From assembly GCA_013287815.1 (NCBI GenBank), contig JABDDC010000006.1, positions 959-64,958 of the forward strand: a stretch of DNA of 64,000 bases, in the 5' to 3' direction. The notes under the pieces were generated by a model. It had not been told where the DNA came from. It ran no database searches and saw only the letters and a program-made list of their open reading frames with translations. The position numbers and the translations under genes were made by a program. This stretch comes from Chlamydiota bacterium (GTDB lineage: Bacteria > Chlamydiota > Chlamydiia > Chlamydiales > Parachlamydiaceae). Shown one piece after another: positions 7,667 through 17,480 of the stretch (position 1 is the stretch's first letter; each line of letters begins with the position of its first letter).

Positions 7667-9220
7667 ATGTTCAGAAAAATTAAAAATGCACATCTAGGAT
7701 TAATCCTTGCAAGCCTATTAGCCGGTTGCGAATTTAAATATGACCCGTCTAAAAAAGATGACGCTCCAAGCTCTCCTGGTACCAAGTCTCCTCAAATATT
7801 CCACTACAGAAAAAATGTAGAAGCCCCCTATACGACTGATGATCTGACAGAGGATATGCCACTAAGTAAGCTACTTGACATTGCACTTTACAATAACCCT
7901 CAAACGAGGTCCAGCTGGTATGCTGCACGTGCAGCGGCATACGGCTACCACGTATCCCTAAGTACAAATTATCCCACCCTCGCTTACCAGGGTAATCTAC
8001 AAGATCAGACATCGAATGGTGCCGCTAGCATATCTGGAGTTGGAGGAGCCGTTTTCCCAACAGGTAGCTCAGCCTCAGCGACGACGACAACGTCAGGCAC
8101 CTCCAGCAGCTCATCTACACCGTCTGTCTTTATCTCCTCCGCTTTTAACGAACTGACCCTTTCTTATCTTGTACTTGATTTTGGAGGAAGATACGGCCTG
8201 CAAGACCTTGCATTTCAGACACTAGTACAAGCCAATTGGCAGCACAACCTGACAATGCAGCAAGTCATGCTCTCTGTCATCAATGCCTATACCTCATATA
8301 TCGGCAATATAGCTCTTGTAAGTGCTTCAGAACAAAATTTGAAGGACGCCCAGGTGCTTCTTGATGCTGCCATTTTAATGAAAAAATATGGGCTGGCAAC
8401 AATGACCGACATCTTGACAGCGCAATCGACAGTAGAACAAATGAAGCTTAATCTGGAACAGGCCCGCGGAGCGGAAAAAACCTCCCTTGCGCAATTGCTT
8501 ATTGCGCTTGGACTACCTCCGGAAACTGAAATTTGTGTACTGGATTTACCTAGCAAACTTCCTGTTATCGAGATTGCCTGTGATGTCAATTCGCTCATTG
8601 AGCTAGCCAAAGAAAAGCGTCCCGACATTGGAACTGCCATAGCACTGGTCAATCAGCAGGAAGCTGAACTGCAAATCTCACGTTCGTCAGGCATGCCTGT
8701 GCTGACTTTTAATGGAAGTACAAGCCGGGTCGATTTTATTACGCCTAAAAAACCCTATATTTATAACAACAGTATTGCTTTAAATCTAAACTTCCCTATC
8801 TTTGCCGGATTCTACTACATCAACCAGCAAAAACAAATAAGGGCTCAGATTGCAGAGGCTATCGCCAATGTCGATGCAACAGTAGCGGTAGTCGTCACGG
8901 AAGTTGTCACCAATTACTACGCTTTCACAACAGCAGAAGCATCATTGCCATCCACTGAAGCTTTGCTGGAATACAGTCGCCGTGCCTATCGTGGGATGGT
9001 CAGTCAATATAAGGTAGGTACAGCTTCTATGCAAGACGTTGTCACTTCCCTCACTACCCTCAGCAATGCCCGTGCACAGCAAGTCATAACGAGGACACAA
9101 TGGGCGGCAGCGCTCGCCAATTTAGCCTTTTCAGTCGGTATATTAAATGATAATAGCGGAACGTGGAAAAATGCCCCTCCGCAAAGCCTCTATCGGCTTA
9201 ATTATAAAGATGAAGGATAG
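7667..9220 (+). CDS. Outer membrane efflux protein (TolC/OMF family lipoprotein)
   Basis: Lipobox LLAGC. LSKLLDIALYNNPQTR...AARAAAYGY is the classic OMF repeat start, with a second repeat (LIELAKEKRPDIG). It has an unusual Ser/Thr-rich insert (SSASATTTTSGTSSSSSTPS). Confidence 0.9.
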   Translation: MFRKIKNAHLGLILASLLAGCEFKYDPSKKDDAPSSPGTKSPQIFHYRKNVEAPYTTDDLTEDMPLSKLLDIALYNNPQTRSSWYAARAAAYGYHVSLSTNYPTLAYQGNLQDQTSNGAASISGVGGAVFPTGSSASATTTTSGTSSSSSTPSVFISSAFNELTLSYLVLDFGGRYGLQDLAFQTLVQANWQHNLTMQQVMLSVINAYTSYIGNIALVSASEQNLKDAQVLLDAAILMKKYGLATMTDILTAQSTVEQMKLNLEQARGAEKTSLAQLLIALGLPPETEICVLDLPSKLPVIEIACDVNSLIELAKEKRPDIGTAIALVNQQEAELQISRSSGMPVLTFNGSTSRVDFITPKKPYIYNNSIALNLNFPIFAGFYYINQQKQIRAQIAEAIANVDATVAVVVTEVVTNYYAFTTAEASLPSTEALLEYSRRAYRGMVSQYKVGTASMQDVVTSLTTLSNARAQQVITRTQWAAALANLAFSVGILNDNSGTWKNAPPQSLYRLNYKDEG

Positions 9221-9223
9221 TCC

Positions 9224-10336
9224 ATGAGAATCCCATTAATTTTTTTGTCGATTTTAGCATTAATAATTTCCAGCTGCGGTAATAAAACCGAGCCTAAAAA
9301 ACCGCCGCTAGTAACTGCGGTCAAAGTGAAGCAGCAAGACGTTCCAATTTACGTTGATGCTATAGGCCAGGCCATATCCACTGTTACTGTCGAAGTGCGT
9401 CCCCAGGTGGCCGGAAAATTAATCGCAACCTATATCCAGCAAGGGGACTTCGTCAAGAAGGGAAATGTAATTTATTCGATTGATCCAAGGCCCTATCAAG
9501 CATTACTTGACGAAGCCAAAGCACAGCTGGAACACGATCTTGCCCTCTTAAAATATGCAGAGGATACAGTCGAAAGATATAAGGCAGTTGTCGAAGAAGA
9601 TTTTATTGCCAAGCTTACTTATGACCAATATGTGAGTACTGCAGAAGCGGCAAAGTCCCAGGTCGAATTGGATCAGGCCTCAGTCCGCGCTGCTCAAATC
9701 AATGTGGATTTTTGCGATATCGTCGCACCTGTAACAGGCAAGATCAGCGAATTTGTTGTCGATGTAGGTAATATTTTAGCTGTCGACGACCCGACGGCCA
9801 TTACATCCATAAAGCCATTTTCTCCGATTGACATCCTGTTTTCCCTTCCACAGCAACAGCTGGAAAAGATTAGGAAAGTGCAAGGGAATCACGGGAAATG
9901 GAAATTCATTGCCATGCTGCCAGAACAGCCGGATATCAAATTCGAAGGGACAACCTTTTTCATAGATAATCAGGTCAATCAGAATACCGGAACGATATTC
10001 CTAAAAGGAAGGCTGCCAAACAGCAAGATCTTTTTCTGGCCTGGGGAATTTGTAAAAGTACAGGTCCTTCACATGATCGCCAAAAACGCTCTTGTAGTTC
10101 CACCTGGAGCAATTTTAATCGGAAAAAACGGACCTTATCTCTACACTGTCGATGATAAAGGCATCGCTAGAGACCATAATGTCACAGTCTTGGTTCGGAC
10201 AGATGAATACATTGCCATTGAATCTAAAGAAGTGCATGAAAATGATACTGTCATCATTGATGGACAAATTAATATTGCAACCGGCAAGCAAGTCACTCTG
10301 CAGACAGACAAAACAACTCCAAGTAAAAATCCATGA
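9224..10336 (+). CDS. RND efflux periplasmic adaptor (membrane fusion protein)
   Basis: Lipobox IISSCG. Biotinyl-lipoyl-like and coiled-coil pattern (PRPYQALLDEAKAQLE...; APVTGKIS). The start is 4 nt after the OMF stop, and the stop overlaps the RND start. Confidence 0.9.
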   Translation: MRIPLIFLSILALIISSCGNKTEPKKPPLVTAVKVKQQDVPIYVDAIGQAISTVTVEVRPQVAGKLIATYIQQGDFVKKGNVIYSIDPRPYQALLDEAKAQLEHDLALLKYAEDTVERYKAVVEEDFIAKLTYDQYVSTAEAAKSQVELDQASVRAAQINVDFCDIVAPVTGKISEFVVDVGNILAVDDPTAITSIKPFSPIDILFSLPQQQLEKIRKVQGNHGKWKFIAMLPEQPDIKFEGTTFFIDNQVNQNTGTIFLKGRLPNSKIFFWPGEFVKVQVLHMIAKNALVVPPGAILIGKNGPYLYTVDDKGIARDHNVTVLVRTDEYIAIESKEVHENDTVIIDGQINIATGKQVTLQTDKTTPSKNP

Positions 10337-13300
10337 ATCTCTCGGGGCCCTTCATCGCACGTCCGGTGATGACAACGCTTGCCATGCTTGCTCTTTTTGT
10401 CGCAGGGACGATTTCTTTTTTCATGCTTCCAATTAGCAGCATGCCCAATGTCAATTATCCGACGATCAATGTCAAAGTCACCTTTCCGGGAGCGCTGCCC
10501 GAAACGATGGCTAATTCAGTCGCTCTTCCACTGGAAAAACAATTTATGGCCATTCCGGGGTTAAGGCTTGTAAGCTCAAACAATACCCTGGGCAATACGA
10601 GCATTATTCTTCAATTTGAAATCGACAAGGACATGCTGACGGCAGCGCAGGATGTCCAGGAAGCCATCACGGCTGCCGTCCCTTATCTTCCGATCAATCT
10701 GCCCTATGGTCCGGTATATCGTAAAGTCAATCCTGCCGAGCAGCCCATTTTTTACCTCACCCTCACGTCAAAAACGATGTCCGGAATGGACTTATATACC
10801 TACGCCAATACACTTGTCGGACAGCGAATTTCAATGGTTAGCGGAGTTTCACAGGTATCAGTTTACGGATCATTGTTAGCGATACGTGTGCAAGTGGACC
10901 CCGGAAAGCTGGCTGCCAATGACATCACCTTGCAGGAAGTTGCAAAAGCCATCTCCATGGAAAACACCTTTCTTCCCACCGGCCAGCTGGATGGGGGGAT
11001 TGAAGCCCCAATCATTTCTGTTGATGGTCAGCTGTTGCACGGGTCTGATTACGATTCGATGATTGTCGCTTACAGGAATGGAACTCCTATCCGCATTAAA
11101 GACATTGGCCACGCTATCGAAAATTTTCAAAACAACAAAATCCGTCACGTGTATGTCGATAAATTAGGAGAAGAGGATTCGATCACATTGGCCATCCAGA
11201 AAGAACCCAACGGCAATACCGTTGAAATTTCTGAAGCGATTTACAAAATCATCGATGAACTTAAAGTTGAGATTCCGGCAGCCATTGATGTCCATGTCCT
11301 TTTTGACCGTTCGATTCCTGTTCGCGAAGCGATTAAAGATGCCAACATCACGCTGCTCATCTCCCTATTACTGGTAGTGCTAGTCATTTTTCTGTTCCTG
11401 GGTAAAATAGCTGATACCATTATCCCTTCCATTGTGTTGCCGATGTCTGTGATAGGCACATTTTTTGTAATGAAGGCATTGGGTTTTACACTGGATAACT
11501 TGTCTGTTCTGGCAATTACCCTCTCAGTTGGATTTATAATTGACGACTCTGTAGTTGTCATGGAAAATATCGTGCGCCATATCGAAGCAGGCGAATCCCC
11601 CCTCAATGCAGCTTTTCTCGGCTCAAAACAGATTGGCTTCACTATTATTTCGATGTCCCTGTCGCTCATAGCCATCTTTATTCCGATGCTCTTTATGGGC
11701 GGGCTGCTTGGAAAAATTTTCCACGAGTTTGCAATAGTAATTATGATTATTACAGCTTTGTCGGCTGTCATTTCACTCGTCTTGTCGCCCATGCTATGCA
11801 GTAAGTTCCTTACTTCCAGAGGAATTAGGGTTAAAAAAGAGACGAAGGTGTCAAAATGGTCTGAAAAAGCAAACAGCGCCATGAAAAGAATTTATCTTAA
11901 GTTTCTTGAAAAAGTTTTAGACCATCGCCTTTCCGCCCTAGGAGTCGCGACTCTATGTCTGATTGCCACCATTTTTCTTCTGAAATATATTCCTGTAGAC
12001 TTCATTCCCAATGATGACCTTAGTTTTTTTGTCATTTACACGCAAGAATTGGAAGGGGGATCATCTTACCGGCTATGGGAATATGAAAAAAAGCTCATTG
12101 AAATCGTGAATAGCAATATGGCAGTCGATAAATTTGTAGCCATCAGCTCCATCAGTAATGAATATCGGAAAGGAATAAATCTGATTCGCCTTAAACCTAT
12201 TGGGGAAAGACCCCCGATTGGAAAAGTGATTGAAGAAATGAATCGTGAACTCAGTAAGATTGATGGACTTCAATCATTCATAAAAAATATCCCGCTCATC
12301 GACCTTTCGACCGGTCAGGAAAGCAGGGCAGCTTATCAATTCGCCCTAAGGAGCATTTCATCAGAAAATATTTATGCTAATGCCAAGACCCTGATCGAAA
12401 AGATGCAACACGACCCGATGTTCCATAGTGTCAATAGTGATTTGGAAATCGACACTCCCCAAATTAATGTTTCGATCATGCGCGATAAGGCATCCACTCT
12501 CGGGATCTCTGCCACAGCAATAGAAAATATCTTTAATTTCGGCTATGCCGGAAACCTTATTTCACGCATCCAGACCCCTATCGACCAATATGATGTTATT
12601 TTGGAGCTTCTTCCAGAATTGCAAAAACAAATGAGCGTATTCGATTCCATGTGGCTGCGCTCACCGATTTCGAATCAGCTAGTGCCATTAAGTTCGACGG
12701 CAACCTGGAAAGAAGTCCTTGGTAAAACAAGCGTCAACCACATAGATCAGTTCCCCTCTGTCACTCTTTCTTTCAACCTGGGGACGGACGTCCCGTTGGA
12801 ATCCGCCCTGAATAAATTTAATTCGCTTACCAGAGAAATACTTAGTCCTGAAGTGCATGCCGAACCAATAGGAGCAGCAAGGACTTTTCTGGAATCAATC
12901 ACCTCCGCCGGCGCACTTCTAATTCTTTCAGTGATCTCCATCTATATCATTTTGGGAATCCTCTACGAAAGCTTCCTCCATCCGATTACAATTCTCACAA
13001 CCTTACCTCCTGCTATATTTGGAGGATTAATCATTCTTCTATTGTTCAATATTCCGCTTTCGCTTTACTCATTCCTTGGCATCATCTTTCTGATAGGAAT
13101 TGTCAAGAAAAATGGTATCATGATGGTCGACTTTGCCCTAGAGAATGCCCGTCTTAGAGGCATGCCTGTGAGGGAAGCGACAATCGATGCATGCCTAGTG
13201 CGATTCCGCCCAATCCTCATGACAACGGTCGCTGCCATTTTCGGCGTCCTTCCCATCGCCCTTGGACTTGGCGCCAACGGCGACTCGCGTCGACCTTTAG

Positions 13301-13416
13301 GACTGGTTATTATAGGAGGACTGATTATTTCTCAATTCATCACACTTTTTATCACTCCGATTCTCTATCTTGAAATGGAGAGATTTAGCGAAAAAATACA
13401 GAGGAAACTGAAATGA
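10333..13416 (+). CDS. RND multidrug efflux permease (MdtB-like)
   Basis: 1027 aa with the AcrB/MdtB-type N-terminus (PFIARPVMTTL..., ALPLEKQF). 12-TM architecture with two large loops. GIVKKNGIMMVDFALE motif. ATGA overlap with the next gene. Confidence 0.95.
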   Translation: MNLSGPFIARPVMTTLAMLALFVAGTISFFMLPISSMPNVNYPTINVKVTFPGALPETMANSVALPLEKQFMAIPGLRLVSSNNTLGNTSIILQFEIDKDMLTAAQDVQEAITAAVPYLPINLPYGPVYRKVNPAEQPIFYLTLTSKTMSGMDLYTYANTLVGQRISMVSGVSQVSVYGSLLAIRVQVDPGKLAANDITLQEVAKAISMENTFLPTGQLDGGIEAPIISVDGQLLHGSDYDSMIVAYRNGTPIRIKDIGHAIENFQNNKIRHVYVDKLGEEDSITLAIQKEPNGNTVEISEAIYKIIDELKVEIPAAIDVHVLFDRSIPVREAIKDANITLLISLLLVVLVIFLFLGKIADTIIPSIVLPMSVIGTFFVMKALGFTLDNLSVLAITLSVGFIIDDSVVVMENIVRHIEAGESPLNAAFLGSKQIGFTIISMSLSLIAIFIPMLFMGGLLGKIFHEFAIVIMIITALSAVISLVLSPMLCSKFLTSRGIRVKKETKVSKWSEKANSAMKRIYLKFLEKVLDHRLSALGVATLCLIATIFLLKYIPVDFIPNDDLSFFVIYTQELEGGSSYRLWEYEKKLIEIVNSNMAVDKFVAISSISNEYRKGINLIRLKPIGERPPIGKVIEEMNRELSKIDGLQSFIKNIPLIDLSTGQESRAAYQFALRSISSENIYANAKTLIEKMQHDPMFHSVNSDLEIDTPQINVSIMRDKASTLGISATAIENIFNFGYAGNLISRIQTPIDQYDVILELLPELQKQMSVFDSMWLRSPISNQLVPLSSTATWKEVLGKTSVNHIDQFPSVTLSFNLGTDVPLESALNKFNSLTREILSPEVHAEPIGAARTFLESITSAGALLILSVISIYIILGILYESFLHPITILTTLPPAIFGGLIILLLFNIPLSLYSFLGIIFLIGIVKKNGIMMVDFALENARLRGMPVREATIDACLVRFRPILMTTVAAIFGVLPIALGLGANGDSRRPLGLVIIGGLIISQFITLFITPILYLEMERFSEKIQRKLK

Positions 13417-16400
13417 ATATATCAGCCCCATTCATCCATCGCCCCATCATGACCACCCTTTTGATGATCGCCATCCTCCTTGGAGGCTATATTTCTTATC
13501 AGCGGCTGCCTGTCAGCAATTTGCCGAACGTCTCCTACCCTGCGATTACCGTCAGCGTCTCATTTCCTGGAATGACGCCGGAAATGATGGCCCAGGCTGT
13601 CGCCCTTCCACTGGAAAAACAATTCATGGCCATCCCGGGCGTCAAACTGGTCAGCTCCAATAATACGCTGGGAAGCAGCTCTATCGTCTTGCAGTTCGAT
13701 ATAGATAAAAGCCTGACTGAAGCTGCCCAGGATGTCCAGTCAGCCATCATCACTGCAACTCCAACACTCCCGCCGCAGCTTCCTTACGCTCCAACTTACC
13801 GGAAAGAAAATCCTGCTGAACTTCCAATCATCTATATCAGCCTAACATCCGATACCATGAAGTTAACAGACCTTTACACCTACGCCAACAACGTGATCGC
13901 ACAGAGGATCTCCATGTTATCTGGTGTTTCCGAAGTGTCTTTATTTGGCTCCCCTTTAGCTATCCGCATCCAGGTCGATCCGTCGAAAATGGTAGCCAAC
14001 GACCTTTCACTGGCTGAACTGGCGGCGACAGTCGTACTGGCCAACGCCAATCTCCCTACTGGGCAGCTGGACGGCCCCATTGAAGCTCCAAATATTTACG
14101 TTGATGGACAGCTGCTGAATGCTGAGGTTTGGGATAATTTCATTCCGGTCTATCGCAATGGTACCCCTATACGCATTAAAGATATAGGAAAGACGTTAGA
14201 AGGTTTTCAAAATGATAAAATCAAAGTTCAGTATCTCAAAAACGGAAAAGTAGAGTCTGCCATCATCCTTGCCATACAAAAGCAACCGAACGCCAATACA
14301 ATCGCCATTTCCGACTCAATCCATGAGCTTATAGGGAGTTTACGGGGAGAGATACCGAAAGCTGTCAATATAGAGACTTTTTACGACCACTCTATTACCA
14401 TTCATGAATCCATTTCCGATATGAAAAACACACTTATAGTCGCTCTGATCCTTGTTGTGATTGTGATCTCAATGTATCTGGGAAGGCTCGCCGATACGAT
14501 CATCCCCTCTGTCGTGATTCCCATGTCACTTATCGCCACTTTTATCGCCATGGACGGATTCAACTTTAGCCTGGACAACCTTTCTTTGCTTGCACTTACG
14601 CTCGCAGTAGGATTTGTCATCGATGATGCCATCGTTGTCCTGGAAAACATAGTCCGATATCAGGAACAGGGCGATAGCCGCCTGGATGCTTCCCTGGAAG
14701 GGTCCCGCCAGATTAGCTTTACAATTATCTCCATGACTTTGTCGCTTATTTCGGTCTTCCTGCCGATGCTGCTTTTAGGTGGTGTCATCGGGAAAATCTT
14801 CAAAGAATTCGCCGTTACCTTGACTGCCGTCACACTCATATCGGGCCTCGTCTCACTGACGCTAACTCCTATGCTATGCAGCCGATTCCTCCCCACGGTT
14901 GCCCCTAAAGATAGAAAAAAGCATGTGATATTTGAATGGTCCCACCGGCTAAACGAGCGGATGCGCGATAAGTATGGGAGAATGCTAAGGAGCGTTATAG
15001 ACCACCGCTTTACAGCCCTGGCCATTGGAGCTGCCTGCCTGATCCTCTCCATCCTCCTGTTCATCTATTTGCCGGTCGATTTCCTTCCCGATGAGGACTC
15101 CGGTTTTTTTATCGCCTACACTCAGGGAACAGAGGGTGGGTCATCAATACGCATGCACGATTATGAGAAAAAAGTCATGCAAACCCTTGCCGCCAACCCC
15201 TATGTCGACAGTGTAGTTGCAATCAGCTCTTATTCTGAATACCGCAAAGGCCAAAATTTGATCCTCCTGAAGCCCCAAAATCAACGGCCTTCAATGAAAC
15301 AAGTTATTACAGAAATCAATGAGCAGCTGGCAAGCATACCGGGCATTCAGGTTTTCATCAAAAGTGTCCCCTTGATCGATCTGTCAACGGGAGAAGAAAG
15401 CCGTGGGGATTATCAAATCGCCATGCAAAGTATCTACTCTGATAAAGTATACGACTCTGCAACTAAAATGATCGATGCCATGAAAAAAGATCCTATATTC
15501 GAAGGGATAAGCACCGATTTAGAAATCAACTCACCCCAAATCAATGTCTCAATTTTGCGTGATAAGGCATCCAGTCTTGGCTTGACGGCCACAGATATAG
15601 AAAATGCATTTAACTACGGATATTCCTATAACTATATCACAAGGATAAATACGGCGATCGACCAGTATAATGTCTTAACAGAACTCATTAAGAAGGATCA
15701 AACCAATACCGATATCTTTAATTTCTTATGGATGCGCTCATCCATTTCCAACCAGTTGATCCCAATGGGAGCTGTCGCCGAATGGGTAGAAGGCCTAGGC
15801 GCTTCAAGCATTAACCACATCAACCAATTCCCCTCGGTGACGATCAATTTCAACCTTGCCGACGGAGTTTCCCTAGGAACAGCCCTCCAGCGGCTTACAG
15901 AGTTAAAAAACCAACTGGTGAACCCTGAAGTTATAACCCAGAATATCGGCGCTGTGCAAGCCTTCCAGGATGCCGTGCAAAACGGAGGGTTTCTCCTTTT
16001 CATCGCTCTGTTCTCTATCTATATTATCTTGGGCATGCTCTACGAAAGCTTCATCCACCCCATTACCGTTCTGACAACGCTGCCTCCGGCCACCTTAGGA
16101 GGTTTATTGACTCTATTGATTTTCGGACTTCCCCTCTCCCTCTATTCCTTCCTTGGTATTATCTTATTGATCGGCATTGTCAAAAAAAACGGGATCATGA
16201 TGGTCGATTTCGCCCTCGAGAATATCCGGACAAAGAATATGACCCCCAGAGAGGCCATCATCGATGCCAGCCTCGTCCGTTTCAGACCTATCATGATGAC
16301 AACTCTCGCCGCTATCTTTGGCGCCTTACCCATTGCCCTCGGGATCGGCGCCGGCGCCGCAACGCGCCGCCCCTTAGGCTTGGTCATCATCGGCGGACTG

Positions 16401-16487
16401 CTCTTCTCGCAGCTCGTTACTTTGTTCATCACTCCCATTCTCTACCTTGTCCTAGAACGGATCAACGAAAAGATCCCCTGGAAATAA
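13413..16487 (+). CDS. RND multidrug efflux permease, tandem paralog (MdtC-like)
   Basis: 1024 aa, collinear with the preceding permease over the full length, with many identical blocks (e.g. ALPLEKQFMAIPG, GIVKKNGIMMVDFALEN). Confidence 0.95.
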   Translation: MNISAPFIHRPIMTTLLMIAILLGGYISYQRLPVSNLPNVSYPAITVSVSFPGMTPEMMAQAVALPLEKQFMAIPGVKLVSSNNTLGSSSIVLQFDIDKSLTEAAQDVQSAIITATPTLPPQLPYAPTYRKENPAELPIIYISLTSDTMKLTDLYTYANNVIAQRISMLSGVSEVSLFGSPLAIRIQVDPSKMVANDLSLAELAATVVLANANLPTGQLDGPIEAPNIYVDGQLLNAEVWDNFIPVYRNGTPIRIKDIGKTLEGFQNDKIKVQYLKNGKVESAIILAIQKQPNANTIAISDSIHELIGSLRGEIPKAVNIETFYDHSITIHESISDMKNTLIVALILVVIVISMYLGRLADTIIPSVVIPMSLIATFIAMDGFNFSLDNLSLLALTLAVGFVIDDAIVVLENIVRYQEQGDSRLDASLEGSRQISFTIISMTLSLISVFLPMLLLGGVIGKIFKEFAVTLTAVTLISGLVSLTLTPMLCSRFLPTVAPKDRKKHVIFEWSHRLNERMRDKYGRMLRSVIDHRFTALAIGAACLILSILLFIYLPVDFLPDEDSGFFIAYTQGTEGGSSIRMHDYEKKVMQTLAANPYVDSVVAISSYSEYRKGQNLILLKPQNQRPSMKQVITEINEQLASIPGIQVFIKSVPLIDLSTGEESRGDYQIAMQSIYSDKVYDSATKMIDAMKKDPIFEGISTDLEINSPQINVSILRDKASSLGLTATDIENAFNYGYSYNYITRINTAIDQYNVLTELIKKDQTNTDIFNFLWMRSSISNQLIPMGAVAEWVEGLGASSINHINQFPSVTINFNLADGVSLGTALQRLTELKNQLVNPEVITQNIGAVQAFQDAVQNGGFLLFIALFSIYIILGMLYESFIHPITVLTTLPPATLGGLLTLLIFGLPLSLYSFLGIILLIGIVKKNGIMMVDFALENIRTKNMTPREAIIDASLVRFRPIMMTTLAAIFGALPIALGIGAGAATRRPLGLVIIGGLLFSQLVTLFITPILYLVLERINEKIPWK

Positions 16488-16859
16488 GAACCATATCCTC
16501 AACCGGCTCACAATGAATTTGCTACTCTTTTCAAACCCAATAGAGACGATCACGCCAAAAATTTTTCCTTCTTGATGAATTCAGAGGGACAATGGACCAT
16601 CTCTCCAGCTTATGATCTGACATTTTCCTCCGGACCCGGAGGAGAACATTGCACCTCTATTATGGGAAATGGGAGACACCCTGGAATCTTTGATCTTTTA
16701 AAACTTGCCATGGTTGCAAAAATCAATGTACAAAGGGCTCATGTCATCATTGACGATGTCAAACAGGCTGTATCAAAGTGGGGTCAATTTGCCAAAGAGG
16801 CCTTTGTCAGCAAACAATCATCTAGGAACATTCAGACCAAGTTGTCGGAGATTAAATAG
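16488..16859 (+). pseudogene. hipA: 3' fragment of a hipA-type toxin kinase gene (HipA_C only)
   Basis: The frame is open from the RND stop codon and reads ...NRDDHAKNFSFLMNSEGQWTISPAYDLTFS...GEHCTSI..., the catalytic-loop and C-terminal part of HipA-family kinases. The N-terminal roughly 300 aa and a hipB partner are absent. Confidence 0.7.
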
Positions 16860-16913
16860 TTTGCAATTTAATTTTATTATGTTATATCAGATTTTAAATT
16901 AAGGAGAATACAT

Positions 16914-17336
16914 ATGAAAACAATACTTTCGATTGATGATGAACGTGACATGGAAATCCTTTTGAAATTAAATTTTGATAAACAGATTAATTCTGGTACA
17001 TATGCATTTGTTTTTGCACACAATGGCAAGGAGGCTTTGAATCTTTTAGATCAGGGGAAAAAATTTGATCTGATTATTACAGATCTTAACATGCCAGAGA
17101 TGAATGGGATTGAATTTTTGACCGAGCTTCACTTAAGAGTAGCCGAAGATAAACAGTTCAAAATTATTGTCATATCGGCATATAACGACATGGATAATAT
17201 CCGCCAAGCTATGAACTGTGGCGCTTGGGATTTTATCACAAAACCAATCAACCTCAGCGATTTGGAAGAAACCATTCAAAGAGCTTTTAAACCAAGAAAC
17301 GGCGATTGGAAAGGGATGCCAGATGCAATCTTTTGA
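16914..17336 (+). CDS. Single-domain CheY-like response regulator (C-terminus rewritten by a MITE)
   Basis: DLIITDLNMPEMNGIEFL, VISAY and FITKPI receiver motifs, with aaggag 8 nt upstream of the ATG. The last 13 codons (RNGDWKGMPDAIF) and the stop lie inside the inserted element. Confidence 0.85.
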   Translation: MKTILSIDDERDMEILLKLNFDKQINSGTYAFVFAHNGKEALNLLDQGKKFDLIITDLNMPEMNGIEFLTELHLRVAEDKQFKIIVISAYNDMDNIRQAMNCGAWDFITKPINLSDLEETIQRAFKPRNGDWKGMPDAIF

Positions 17337-17454
17337 TTCAGAACGCGTTAAGATGCGAGGAGAGCTTACCCATTTGGGTATGCCCCCCTTCGTCTCAACG
17401 CGTTATGAACCAAAATCTTGCGTCTGGCACCCCCTTCGAATCGCCGTTTCTTGG
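17292..17454. mobile_element. 163 bp MITE (repeat family 1) with 44 bp terminal inverted repeats and a TTAAA target duplication
   Basis: Left arm is 17292-17335 and right arm 17411-17454 (a few mismatches). An additional internal inverted repeat is gaacgcgttaagatgcgagg / ccttcgtctcaacgcgttatgaac. It is flanked by ttaaa (17287-17291) and ttaaa (17455-17459). Confidence 0.8.
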
Positions 17455-17480
17455 TTAAACCCTGATCTTAGTGATCATTA

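Noticed and set aside
11241-11882. Long antisense ORFs inside the RND permease genes (e.g. 213 aa at 11241-11882, 134 aa at 14660-15064, 101 aa at 15698-16003)
   Set aside because: They lie entirely opposite to high-confidence RND coding sequence and have low-complexity, Ser/Ile/Met-rich translations. They also lack ribosome-binding sites. Such open antisense frames are typical of GC-richer genes.
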